NCBI RefSeq assembly: GCF_006345805.1
Contig: NC_043006.1
Location: 14,694,001-14,758,000 of the forward strand
DNA from: Octopus sinensis
Taxonomy: Eukaryota
Length of the DNA: 64,000 nt
Direction: 5' to 3'
Shown here: positions 60,063 through 64,000 of the stretch, piece by piece
Numbering within the stretch: position 1 is the first letter of the stretch
How the letters are laid out: each line of letters starts with the position of its first letter
Program-made: the position numbers and the translations under genes
Notes under the pieces: model-generated
Told to the model about the DNA's origin: nothing
What the model saw: only the letters and a program-made list of their open reading frames with translations
Database searches by the model: none

Positions 60063-61094
60063 ATCTACATTTTATGCTTGCATGGGTCAGACAGGGTTTA
60101 GTGAGGCAGATTTTTTCTATGGTCAAATGCCTTTCATGACACCAACCCTCAACTGCTTGCATGATGGCAATGCTCGTAACTCTTGTGTTATGTCAAGACA
60201 AGGGGTCAGACACCTACACACACACATATATATTTCCTATATATATAACCAGGAGAATTCATCTACGAAGCAATTGCCCCAGCTCCCCTTCAGAGTTGGC
60301 AAAAGTGATGTGGTGAACAATGAAAAACCTGGCTGATGACAGTCAAGGCTGATCTGGAACCCAACCTAGGCCCCCATATCTATGGCGTTCGCCGCTGGAA
60401 TAAGGAGTGGTTGGAGATCACGTGGCTGTTAGCCTCAAATCGCCAGGTCTGGTCGGCATTTGTGAGAGATGCAGCATTGAGGATGAATGAAGCCAGCTCA
60501 ACCCACCCTGGGTGAATGCTTTCTCAATACAAGAAAAGACATATATATATATACACATATGTATAAAGTGAACTTCTTTCAGTTTCAATCTACCTGATCC
60601 ATTCAGACAGCTTTAGTAAACTTGCCCCAAGATATCATGCATTTGGATTGAATTCAAGTCCATGAAGTTGAGAAGCAAAACCCTCAACCATACAGCCATG
60701 CTGGCATCTATTACAATTTCATACAGTATTTTTAGTGGTTGGGAAATTTATTGTCTGCTCTATAATGTCTAATATTAACTTTTTTATACCTATATTTATA
60801 GCCCTCATGCTCTGTAAATGATTATTAAAACCATTTCCAGTCCCGGAAAAGATATTTTTCTAATTATGCTATACTCTTTTCAACTGATCTGACTTATGTT
60901 TGGTTTTCAGACGTCTTTTTCTTGTAATGCCCTGTGTATTTATAATAATAATAATGTTACATGCTTCTCATTGATTCTATATTGTCAACTAATTTGATTC
61001 TTATGTTTGATTTCCAGAGGCCTTATCCTGGTAATGCCCAATATACTTATAATAATTGGTCACCTCCAGCTCAATCCAATGAGACCTCTAATGG
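203..61094 (+). CDS. USP9X: Ubiquitin carboxyl-terminal hydrolase USP9X/FAF-X (fat facets) ortholog, partial: 37 exons, 5' and 3' ends outside window
   Basis: Spliced translation is colinear with recalled human USP9X from RFPNQGR..WSHTNDT to [15 protein letters not shown]. All introns GT-AG with matching phases. Cys box [21 protein letters not shown], His box [14 protein letters not shown] and WYKFDD are intact. Confidence 0.97.
595..1165 (+). mobile_element. tRNA-derived SINE type A (Nin-domain-like), split by a nested SINE
   Basis: Head ...GGCAAAATGCTTAGCAGTATTT ends at ~650 and resumes at ~1025 with TGAGTTCAAATTCC...GCCTTTCATCCTTTTGGGG; matches intact copies at 16072 and 20697. Confidence 0.7.
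651..1024 (-). mobile_element. tRNA-derived SINE type B (full length), nested in type A copy
   Basis: Minus strand begins GGCGTAGGAGTAGCTGTGTGGTAAG, B-box-like GGTTCAGTCCC, then CCTTGGGCAAGTGTCTTCTACTATAGCC; same family at 43039 and 51985. Confidence 0.8.
1501..1638 (+). CDS. USP9X: USP9X exon 2
   Basis: ttcag|...|gtaagt; [28 protein letters not shown]...ESCLPGV. Confidence 0.95.
1684..2083 (-). mobile_element. Non-autonomous Helitron
   Basis: Minus strand: A|TC start, subterminal hairpin CCCGAGCAACGCCGGG, CTAG|T end; internal ~100-bp tandem duplication. Confidence 0.8.
2100..2215 (+). mobile_element. Decayed RTE-clade LINE C-terminal fragment
   Basis: [22 protein letters not shown] resembles the RTE RPRGRPRTRW motif; related piece at 36660-36915 (-). 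Confidence 0.4.
2610..2835. repeat. Degenerate minisatellite, core AGCTTAAGTGATGAATGATG
   Basis: Core at ~2613, ~2674, ~2808 and a diverged copy at ~3080. Confidence 0.6.
3311..3431 (+). CDS. USP9X: USP9X exon 3
   Basis: ttccag|...G|gtatgt; [19 protein letters not shown]...[14 protein letters not shown]. Confidence 0.93.
3511..3842 (+). mobile_element. tRNA-derived CORE-like SINE (type C)
   Basis: A-box GGCTCAGTGG, B-box-like GCTCGAATCC, then GTGTTCTTGAGCAAGACAGTTTATTTCAC. Confidence 0.75.
3900..4197 (-). mobile_element. Diverged type C SINE, inverted relative to the 3511 copy
   Basis: Minus strand head GAGGGCACATGGCTTAGTGGTTAAAC...TCAATTCC...GTGTTCTGGAGCAAAACAC. Confidence 0.6.
4901..5129 (+). 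mobile_element. TTAA MITE (piggyBac-type ends), subfamily A
   Basis: TTAA|CCCTTTCGTTAC...TAATGAAAGGG|TTAA; 229 bp including both TTAA. Confidence 0.85.
5401..5528 (+). CDS. USP9X: USP9X exon 4
   Basis: ttgtag|...|gtatgt; [17 protein letters not shown]...[10 protein letters not shown]. Confidence 0.93.
5691..5753 (+). CDS. USP9X: USP9X exon 5
   Basis: ttcag|...|gtattg; [21 protein letters not shown]. Confidence 0.93.
6045..6312 (+). mobile_element. 5'-truncated copy of RTE 3'UTR family with (ATG)n tail
   Basis: Two ~60-nt units, then GGAAGGGCATCCAGCTGTAGAAA domain and CGGACGTTAAACGATGATGAT. Confidence 0.85.
7167..7395 (-). mobile_element. TTAA MITE subfamily A, inverted relative to 4901
   Basis: TTAA|CCCTTTCGTTAC...TAACAAAAGGG|TTAA; 229 bp. 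Confidence 0.85.
7514..8141 (+). mobile_element. TTAA MITE subfamily C, interrupted by an RTE 3' copy
   Basis: TTAA|CCCTTCAGC...CTAAAGGG|TTAA; the two halves join to match the intact copy at 34717. Confidence 0.8.
7612..8013 (-). mobile_element. RTE 3'UTR family copy
   Basis: (CAT)n CGTTTAACG...GGATGCCCTT followed by ~60-nt units. Confidence 0.85.
8270..8361 (+). CDS. USP9X: USP9X exon 6
   Basis: ttccag|...AG|gtaagt; [30 protein letters not shown]. Confidence 0.94.
8731..9050 (+). mobile_element. RTE LINE AP-endonuclease fragment, internally deleted
   Basis: [15 protein letters not shown]...YKLFWEG...[10 protein letters not shown] joined to [28 protein letters not shown]. Confidence 0.75.
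9467..9704 (+). CDS. USP9X: USP9X exon 7
   Basis: ttttag|...|gtaaaa; [13 protein letters not shown]...[24 protein letters not shown]. Confidence 0.93.
9771..10340 (-). mobile_element. RTE 3'UTR family copy (long)
   Basis: (CAT)n tail, GGATGCCCTTCC domain, about 5 units, extends towards ORF-end-like sequence. Confidence 0.85.
10557..10766. mobile_element. Diverged TTAA MITE subfamily B
   Basis: TTAAGCCTTTTGTTAAC...GTATCAAAAGAGTTAA; internal similarity to 21847. Confidence 0.6.
11234..11475 (-). mobile_element. RTE 3'UTR family copy
   Basis: (CAT)n CGTTTAACG...CCATGCTAGCATGG...GGATGCCCTT. Confidence 0.85.
12391..12619 (-). mobile_element. Type A (Nin-like) SINE
   Basis: Full head to tail; flanked by CTTATATCT at 12382 and 12620 (likely TSD). 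Confidence 0.85.
12921..13185 (+). repeat. ~265-bp direct duplicate of 14320-14585
   Basis: Near-identical sequence that spans the same junction between two repeat families. Confidence 0.85.
13267..13392 (+). CDS. USP9X: USP9X exon 8
   Basis: ttctag|...|gtaagg; [29 protein letters not shown]...IVEK. Confidence 0.93.
13537..13697 (+). CDS. USP9X: USP9X exon 9
   Basis: atgcag|...AG|gtatgt; GKENTEPED...[12 protein letters not shown]...[16 protein letters not shown]. Confidence 0.94.
13873..13981 (+). CDS. USP9X: USP9X exon 10
   Basis: ttttag|...|gtaagt; [36 protein letters not shown]. Confidence 0.94.
14048..14455 (-). mobile_element. RTE 3'UTR family copy
   Basis: (CAT)n tail plus core domain and ~60-nt units. 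Confidence 0.85.
14733..14896 (-). mobile_element. RTE 3'UTR family copy (short)
   Basis: Tail plus core domain only. Confidence 0.8.
15181..15236 (+). CDS. USP9X: USP9X exon 11
   Basis: tttcag|...CG|gtatgt; [18 protein letters not shown]. Confidence 0.9.
16072..16299 (-). mobile_element. Type A (Nin-like) SINE with 21-bp TSD
   Basis: TTATTACTCTGTCTCTCTTAT at 16051-16071 and 16300-16320. Confidence 0.9.
17093..17183 (+). CDS. USP9X: USP9X exon 12
   Basis: cttcag|...|gtaagt; [30 protein letters not shown]. Confidence 0.94.
17452..17840 (-). mobile_element. Non-autonomous Helitron within a (TA)n tract
   Basis: Minus strand ends GCCCAAGCAACGCTGGGC hairpin then CTAG|T; 5' end merges into (TA)n. 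Confidence 0.7.
19043..19175 (-). mobile_element. RTE 3'UTR family copy (short)
   Basis: (CAT)n CGTTTAGCGTC...GGATGCCCTTCCTAACG. Confidence 0.8.
19270..19575 (-). mobile_element. CR1/L2-type LINE 3' end with (TTA)n tail
   Basis: NTRGHAYKV...[18 protein letters not shown] motif; ends GTGCACCTGAGCACTGTACACAATG then (TTA)n. Confidence 0.8.
19687..19915 (+). mobile_element. TTAA MITE subfamily A
   Basis: TTAA|CCCTTTCGTTACC...GGTAACAAAAGGG|TTAA; 229 bp. Confidence 0.85.
20016..20162 (+). CDS. USP9X: USP9X exon 13
   Basis: ttccag|...|gtatgt; EQALPQ...[35 protein letters not shown]. Confidence 0.94.
20280..20487 (+). CDS. USP9X: USP9X exon 14
   Basis: tttcag|...G|gttggt; [11 protein letters not shown]...EQAVPVC...[18 protein letters not shown]. 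Confidence 0.94.
20697..20920 (+). mobile_element. Type A (Nin-like) SINE
   Basis: TGGCAGAAACGTTAGC...GAGTTCAAATTCC...TTTCATCCTTTT...GATAAATTAAGTACCAG. Confidence 0.85.
21847..22073. mobile_element. TTAA MITE subfamily B
   Basis: TTAA|CCCTTTTGTTA...TATCAAAAGGG|TTAA; 227 bp. Confidence 0.8.
22264..22400 (+). CDS. USP9X: USP9X exon 15, catalytic Cys box (Cys codon 22374-22376); possible alternative acceptor at 22285
   Basis: ttccag|...|gttagc; [46 protein letters not shown]. Confidence 0.93.
22959..23060 (+). CDS. USP9X: USP9X exon 16
   Basis: tttcag|...|gtaaaa; [34 protein letters not shown]. Confidence 0.94.
23863..24280 (-). mobile_element. RTE 3'UTR family copy
   Basis: (CAT)n tail, core domain, units, and ORF-end-like GAGGAGACC sequence at its 5' side. 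Confidence 0.85.
24830..25045 (-). mobile_element. Probable Penelope-like terminal repeat remnant with hammerhead-like core
   Basis: Minus strand 24961-24938 reads CTGGTGA-A-GAGC-ATAG-GCTC-GAAA. Confidence 0.5.
25248..25423 (+). CDS. USP9X: USP9X exon 17
   Basis: tcttag|...AA|gtaagt; TNVDLG...[36 protein letters not shown]. Confidence 0.95.
25482..26053 (+). mobile_element. Type A SINE with three tandem bodies (period 174 bp)
   Basis: GGTATTTCATCTGCTGTTACG recurs at 25519, 25693 and 25867. Confidence 0.9.
26111..27623 (+). mobile_element. 5'-truncated RTE LINE: ORF C-terminus, 3'UTR tandem array and (ATG)n tail
   Basis: [16 protein letters not shown] Cys/His cluster, [30 protein letters not shown]; stop near the C-terminus; possible TSD TGTATAA. 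Confidence 0.9.
26925..27460 (+). repeat. Tandem array of nine ~60-62-nt units in the RTE 3'UTR
   Basis: GGTG(A/G)CACGTAAAA-type motif at ~26953, 27014, 27074, 27135, 27197, 27257, 27318, 27378, 27439. Confidence 0.9.
28246..28419 (+). CDS. USP9X: USP9X exon 18
   Basis: tttcag|...AG|gtaagt; [30 protein letters not shown]...[15 protein letters not shown]. Confidence 0.96.
29179..29320 (+). CDS. USP9X: USP9X exon 19
   Basis: cttcag|...|gtatgt; [47 protein letters not shown]. Confidence 0.96.
30337..30545. mobile_element. Diverged TTAA MITE subfamily B
   Basis: TTGACCCTTTTGATACC...GGTTACTAAAGCGTTAA. Confidence 0.6.
30607..30692 (+). CDS. USP9X: USP9X exon 20
   Basis: tttcag|...CG|gtaagt; [28 protein letters not shown]. 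Confidence 0.96.
30818..30909 (+). CDS. USP9X: USP9X exon 21
   Basis: ttgcag|...G|gtaaat; [30 protein letters not shown]. Confidence 0.96.
31933..32233 (+). mobile_element. RTE 3'UTR family copy
   Basis: About 3 units, core domain and (ATG)n. Confidence 0.85.
32676..32796 (+). CDS. USP9X: USP9X exon 22, catalytic His box (His codon 32771-32773)
   Basis: tttcag|...AG|gtaaaa; [39 protein letters not shown]. Confidence 0.96.
33083..33816 (-). mobile_element. Internally deleted IS630-Tc1-mariner element (DD37D/DD41D-like)
   Basis: TIRs GTGTCCCAAAATTAAGGCAACCA / TGGTTGCCTTAATTCCTGGACACCCTG|TA; minus-strand remnant [47 protein letters not shown] (transposase HTH region). Confidence 0.75.
34717..34945 (+). 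mobile_element. TTAA MITE subfamily C
   Basis: TTAA|CCCTTCAGCATT...ACACTAAAGGG|TTAA; 229 bp. Confidence 0.85.
35161..35379 (-). mobile_element. Type A (Nin-like) SINE
   Basis: Reverse complement matches the 20697 copy. Confidence 0.85.
35957..36035 (+). CDS. USP9X: USP9X exon 23, catalytic Asp motif WYKFDD
   Basis: ccacag|...|gtaaaa; [26 protein letters not shown]. Confidence 0.96.
36660..36915 (-). mobile_element. Decayed RTE-clade LINE C-terminal fragment
   Basis: Minus strand PLLLHI...HVIRI...[11 protein letters not shown] with stops. Confidence 0.5.
37398..37533 (+). mobile_element. RTE 3'UTR family copy next to (TA)n
   Basis: GGCATCCAGCTGTAGAAAC...GACGCTAAATGATGATG. Confidence 0.8.
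37788..38010. mobile_element. Diverged TTAA MITE subfamily B
   Basis: CTTTTGATACC...GGTAACAAAAGGGTTAA. Confidence 0.65.
38059..38358 (+). mobile_element. RTE 3'UTR family copy
   Basis: Two units, core domain and (ATG)n. Confidence 0.85.
38660..38724 (+). CDS. USP9X: USP9X exon 24
   Basis: tctcag|...AG|gtttgt; [21 protein letters not shown]. Confidence 0.95.
38961..39409. mobile_element. Possible old pogo/Tigger-type MITE
   Basis: TA|CAGTA...TACTG|TA ends with subterminal TCCAG/CTGGA motifs; heavily diverged. Confidence 0.4.
39615..39727 (+). CDS. USP9X: USP9X exon 25
   Basis: ctatag|...A|gtaaga; [25 protein letters not shown]...LDLT. Confidence 0.95.
40021..40369. mobile_element. Tc1-like MITE interrupted by an RTE 3' copy (40068-40260)
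   Basis: TIRs CAGTTGTGCCAAAAGTTTGG / CCAAACTTTTGGTCACAACTG|TA. Confidence 0.75.
41026..41201 (+). CDS. USP9X: USP9X exon 26
   Basis: tttcag|...|gtgaga; [25 protein letters not shown]...[13 protein letters not shown]...QDRL. Confidence 0.93.
41432..41890 (-). mobile_element. CR1/L2-type LINE 3' end (same family as 19270)
   Basis: [13 protein letters not shown]...NTRGHIYKV...FRKHFF; 3' end GTGGTGCACCTGAGCACTGTATACAATAATTTC then (ATT)n. Confidence 0.85.
42815..42906 (+). CDS. USP9X: USP9X exon 27 (AAG acceptor)
   Basis: ttttaag|...CG|gtgaga; [30 protein letters not shown]. Confidence 0.91.
43039..43444 (+). mobile_element. Type B tRNA-derived SINE
   Basis: GGCACAGG...GGTTCAGTCCCACTG...CCTTGGGCAAG...GACTGAAACAATTAAAAGATAAAAGA. 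Confidence 0.8.
44087..44228 (+). CDS. USP9X: USP9X exon 28
   Basis: ttgcag|...|gtgagt; [30 protein letters not shown]...[10 protein letters not shown]. Confidence 0.95.
44331..44538 (+). mobile_element. Type A (Nin-like) SINE
   Basis: Matches the 20697 copy. Confidence 0.85.
44778..45012 (+). repeat. Fold-back: ~70-bp inverted arms enclosing a 93-nt multi-hairpin loop
   Basis: Arms 44778-44847 and 44941-45012 differ by 5 substitutions and one 2-nt indel. Confidence 0.9.
45272..45356 (+). CDS. USP9X: USP9X exon 29
   Basis: cttcag|...G|gtaagt; [28 protein letters not shown]. Confidence 0.95.
46085..47180 (+). mobile_element. Non-autonomous Helitron (~1.1 kb)
   Basis: Starts in (TC)n..AAAGATGAGAATGTGTGTG; ends CACGGGCAACGCTGGG..CTAG|T, like the ends at 1684 and 17452. 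Confidence 0.65.
47408..47559 (+). CDS. USP9X: USP9X exon 30
   Basis: ttctag|...|gtaagt; [15 protein letters not shown]...[26 protein letters not shown]. Confidence 0.95.
48357..48670 (+). mobile_element. Type C CORE-like SINE with a different 3' body from 3511
   Basis: GGCTTAGTGG A-box, GTTCAATTTCC B-box-like, GTGTCCTTGAGCAAAATACTTTATTTCAC. Confidence 0.7.
49601..49774 (+). CDS. USP9X: USP9X exon 31
   Basis: ttgcag|...|gtaaga; [31 protein letters not shown]...[14 protein letters not shown]. Confidence 0.95.
50054..50244. mobile_element. TTAA MITE subfamily B, internally deleted
   Basis: TTAA|CCCTTTTGATA...TAACAAAAGGG|TTAA. Confidence 0.75.
50665..50826 (+). CDS. USP9X: USP9X exon 32
   Basis: tttcag|...|gtgagt; [12 protein letters not shown]...[21 protein letters not shown]. 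Confidence 0.95.
50895..51213 (+). mobile_element. RTE 3'UTR family copy
   Basis: Three units (two near-identical), core domain and (ATG)n. Confidence 0.85.
51985..52374 (-). mobile_element. Type B SINE with internal (TA)n
   Basis: Matches the 651-1024 copy. Confidence 0.8.
52968..53027 (+). CDS. USP9X: USP9X exon 33
   Basis: ttatag|...|gtgagt; [20 protein letters not shown]. Confidence 0.95.
53260..54563 (+). mobile_element. Penelope-like element, 5'-truncated, with inverted terminal repeat and 13-bp TSD
   Basis: RT C-terminus [31 protein letters not shown]; GIY-YIG-like [17 protein letters not shown]; 53264-53372 is the inverted copy of 54424-54530; TATGATTACATTT at 53247 and 54564. Confidence 0.9.
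53312..53352 (-). ncRNA. Minimal hammerhead ribozyme core in the Penelope terminal repeat
   Basis: Minus strand CTGATGA-A-GGCT-loop-AGCT-GAAAC; PLE terminal repeats are known to carry minimal hammerheads; stems I and III not resolved by eye. Confidence 0.55.
55031..55279. mobile_element. Diverged TTAA MITE subfamily B
   Basis: TTAACCCCTTTGTTA...TATCCAAAAGGACTAA. Confidence 0.6.
55525..55633 (+). CDS. USP9X: USP9X exon 34
   Basis: tttcag|...G|gtaaat; [36 protein letters not shown]. Confidence 0.96.
56201..56309 (+). CDS. USP9X: USP9X exon 35
   Basis: ctgtag|...CA|gtaagt; [36 protein letters not shown]. Confidence 0.96.
56518..56909 (+). mobile_element. RTE 3'UTR family copy
   Basis: Four units, core domain and (ATG)n. 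Confidence 0.85.
57359..57626 (+). repeat. Minisatellite: 13 x ~19-nt GTGGTGCACCTGAGCACTT ending in a LINE 3' terminus
   Basis: Units counted directly; final unit continues GTATACAATAATTTCATTATT. Confidence 0.9.
57711..57804 (+). CDS. USP9X: USP9X exon 36
   Basis: ttttag|...|gtaagt; [31 protein letters not shown]. Confidence 0.96.
57962..58020 (+). pseudogene. tRNA-Gln(CTG) pseudogene lacking its 5' ~13 nt
   Basis: AATGGTTAGCACTCTGGACTCTGAATCCAGCAATCCGAGTTC...GGTAGAACCT matches recalled metazoan tRNA-Gln(CUG); 5' acceptor strand absent; T-run at 58027-58034. Confidence 0.8.
58035..58210 (+). mobile_element. RTE 3'UTR family copy with triplicated 5' junction
   Basis: TTAGGAA(G/A)GG three times, then normal tail. 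Confidence 0.8.
58791..59720 (+). mobile_element. 5'-truncated CR1-group LINE with open RT C-terminal frame
   Basis: FINDLP...[50 protein letters not shown]; stop at 59644; (TAAC)n tail. Confidence 0.9.
59729..59960. repeat. Fold-back with ~105-bp imperfect inverted arms and short spacer
   Basis: AAACAATTGCAGCGTG...AATATTTTTGTCA versus TGATAAAAATATT...CACGCTACAATTGTTT. Confidence 0.85.
60253..60533 (+). mobile_element. Decayed 3' end of another RTE family
   Basis: [27 protein letters not shown]....[14 protein letters not shown] with upstream stops. Confidence 0.65.
61018..61094 (+). CDS. USP9X: USP9X exon 37 (last in window; gene continues)
   Basis: ttccag|...GG|gtaagt; [25 protein letters not shown]. 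Confidence 0.95.
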
Positions 61095-61307
61095 GTAAGT
61101 ACTTTTTGTTTTGTTTAAACAGTTTATATACTTCATAGCTGTTTATGTAGCTTTGTAAACCCTGTCAGTTCTGATGGAGTGGGCTCCAGCACTGATTAAG
61201 CACAAATATAAACATACTCAATAGGGTGACACGTTTTAGTGGAATTCTTATTGTTAGGTTTTGTGGGTTTTATTCCATCTGAAGTTTGTTTAGAAGTCTT
61301 AGTAAAC

Positions 61308-61620
61308 CATCATTATTTAACATCCATCTTCCATGTATGCCTGAGTAGGACAGTTGACAGGAGCTGGCCAGGTAGAAGACTATCCCAGGCTACTGTGTCT
61401 GTTTTGGCAGGGTTTTTATGGCTGGATGCCCTTCCTAACACCAACCATTCTGCAGAGTGGACTCAGTGCATTTTACGTGGCATCAGCACAGGTGAGGTTA
61501 ATTTTGGCCTTCATTTTTACAGCTGGATGCCCTTCCTATCACCAACCACTTCACAGTGGACTGGATGCTTTTACGTGGCACCAACACTGGCAGGGTCACC
61601 AAGTAACTTGTAAGACAAGG
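61308..61620 (-). mobile_element. Old RTE 3'UTR-related copy with duplicated core
   Basis: GCTGGATGCCCTTCCTA occurs twice. Confidence 0.6.
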
Positions 61621-62199
61621 AATTTTTCAGAGGGACAGGAGCATTGGAGGAGGGAACTTGTGTCTGTGGATGAAAGGCTAGAGTGTGATCAAGAGACAGA
61701 GAGGCAGAAACAGTGGAGATTTGGTGGTAAAGGTGGTTGAAATTTATGGAAGTTCCACAGATATTTGATCACAGTGTTCTGTAGTTTCCTCAGACCTGAT
61801 AAGCATTGCCCTATTATCATTATCTTCTTCTTTTATAACTACATTTCCAAGGCATTATGTGATGTATTTACACATTTGTGCATTAGGTGACCACCTAGGG
61901 GAGTTGTATTATTTGCTGGTGTGTTATTTGTATTTCAGATATGGTATGTTATTGGTGCTTTGTGTTTAAATTTCGGATTTTTTTGCATAAAGTGCGTCAC
62001 TTGTGTATCATTAATGGGTTGCTTCTGTGTTGGGCAAGTTGTGAATGTTATAGCTTCCAGTATGTGTTGAATATAGGAGTGTTTGTTGTGTTGTGCTGGG
62101 TAGTGATTTTATTGAGGGTGTGACTTTTGGGATTGTTTGTGTGTTGTAGTTTGTATGCTTATTGCTTTTTTTTTTGTACCAGAGCTGGTGTGACCTCTT

Positions 62200-62428
62200 T
62201 TAACCCTTTAGTGTTCATATTACTCTGTTAAATGTAATACTTTTTCACTCAAATTGTTTTGAATTAATCCTGGATCATCTTACAGCTCTGAGGTTGCAAT
62301 GATGTGATTACTTATTTTTAGAATGGCATTGTAGGTTAGGCGTGAGAGGCTAGACATCGCCAGTTTGAATATAAAACATGTAGAATATATTGGGCCGGAT
62401 TTGGCCAGTTTAAACACTAAAGGGTTAT
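62200..62428 (-). mobile_element. TTAA MITE subfamily C
   Basis: TTAA|CCCTTTAGTG...CACTAAAGGG|TTAT; 229 bp. Confidence 0.8.
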
Positions 62429-62769
62429 GGCAATATTTAAAGAAAAAACTTTTTCATGTTTTCTCATTAAACTTTTTACTTCCTTTTACTTTCTTTTTTT
62501 GTATTTTCATAATCCTTGTTGTGTAGTAGTTTTCTATTTGTATCAGGCCCCATCCTCTTTATGTGCAGAGTAAAGATATTCTGTCTGTGTTGTTAGCAAT
62601 GATGACTTCAGTATGCTTATAGAAAGGTTTTTTTAATCCTTTCTCTTACCAATTTACTGAATATCCAATTTATTATACTGAAACTAATTTTTTTTTTACT
62701 GAATGGTTAACATATATTTATACCTATTGTCTTATTTCTAGCATTGAGCTCAGTTTTAATATTATAATG

Positions 62770-63314
62770 ATCATCATCCTCGTTTAATATCCGCTTTCCA
62801 TGCTAGCATTGGTTGGACGATTTTGACTGAGGGCTGGCGAACCAGATGGCTGCACCAGGCTCCAATCTTGATCTGGCAGAGTTTCTACAGCTGGATTCCC
62901 TTCCTAATTCCAATCACTCCGAGAGTGTAGTGGGTGCTTTTTACGTGCCACCGGCACGGGGGCCAGTCAGGCAATACTAGCAATGACCTCGCTTGAATCT
63001 TTTTACATATGCCACCGGCACAGGTGCCAATAAGGCAACATTGATAACGAACACGCTCGAATGGTGCCCTTTTACGTACCACAGCACGGGGGCCAGTCAG
63101 GCAGTACTGGCAATGACCTCACTCAAATCTTTTTAGCCATACCACCAGCACAGGTGCCAGTAAGGCGACGTTGGTAACGATCACGCTTGAATGGTGCCCT
63201 TTCACGTGCCACCGGCACAGAAGCCAGTTGGCTGCTCTGGCAACGATCATGGTGCTCTTGGCACCCTACTAGCACGTGCACAAGTGCTAGTAAGGCGACG
63301 CTGGTAACGATGAT
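62770..63314 (-). mobile_element. RTE 3'UTR family copy (about 6 units)
   Basis: Tail, core domain and dimeric unit array. Confidence 0.85.
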
Positions 63315-63662
63315 TCTTGTAAAGACGTTATTGCTAAGTGTTAGGCACAAATCTAGTTTGTGCGTTCCACATTCTTGAAATTTCCAACCAAAGTTCCAAA
63401 TAGTTACATTGGTCACCTGGAATGATGACATTCTGTGTCACATTTCTGTGCTTCCTTCAGCAGTATTTGTTCTGGCCCTTCATCTTTTGACTTTAATTTG
63501 GCCTTTCATCCATTTAAGGTTGATAAAATAAAGTGCCAGTCTAGCTCTGGGGGTCTATATAATCAGCTGTTTCTTCCCCCAAAATTTCTAGTTTGGTGCT
63601 TATGTTAGAAATTATTGAAGTCAGTGGATTGGCAGAATTGGTAAAACATCAAATAAAATATC

Positions 63663-63890
63663 TTAACCCTTGGGTATTCAGATTACTCTATCAAACGTAA
63701 TGCTTATTCATTTACATTGTTTTGGATTAATCCTGCATTATTTCATAGCTTTGAGATTTCAATGATATGATTGGTTATTTTTAGAATAACTTTGTAGGGT
63801 AGGTGTAAGGGGCTGGATCTGACCAGTGTGAATACAAAACATATAGAATAATTAGGCTGGATATGGCCCGCTTAAATGCTAAGAGGTTAA
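63663..63890 (-). mobile_element. TTAA MITE subfamily C (diverged)
   Basis: TTAA|CCCTT...AAGAGG|TTAA; 228 bp. Confidence 0.7.
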
Positions 63891-64000
63891 ATTATTTGGT
63901 TATAGTTCTTTGTACTGAATACAAACTATGGAAAGTTTTTTTTTTATTCTGTGTTGTTGTTGTTGTTATCATCATCATCACCATTGTTATTTTGTTTTCT

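Noticed and set aside
61860-62170. Possible decayed LINE on the minus strand
   Set aside because: Too degenerate to assign without a profile search
61095-64000. Terminal USP9X exons (expected YFLERS...)
   Set aside because: Not found in the window; they probably lie downstream of 64000

Overview
AT-rich eukaryotic genomic DNA. The repeat landscape looks like a coleoid cephalopod, probably Octopus (inference from recalled repeat families). The whole window lies inside one + strand, intron-rich gene, the USP9X/fat facets deubiquitinase. I traced 37 consecutive GT-AG exons (203-61094; 4638 nt, about 1545 codons) with consistent phases, from the UBL-like region through the complete catalytic USP domain to near the C-terminus. 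The start and the last exons lie outside the window. Introns are packed with mobile DNA: an RTE LINE family with many 5'-truncated copies, CR1/L2-type LINE ends, Penelope-like elements with hammerhead-like cores, three tRNA-derived SINE types, TTAA MITEs, Helitrons, Tc1/mariner remnants and a tRNA-Gln pseudogene. The most unusual items are a tandem array of ~60-nt structured units in the RTE 3'UTR, a 235-nt fold-back with four internal hairpins and sense-strand G-U bias, a minisatellite built from a LINE 3' stem-loop, and a multimeric SINE. Homology calls rely on recalled sequences; no database search was run. Repeat boundaries are approximate unless a TSD or TIR is quoted.
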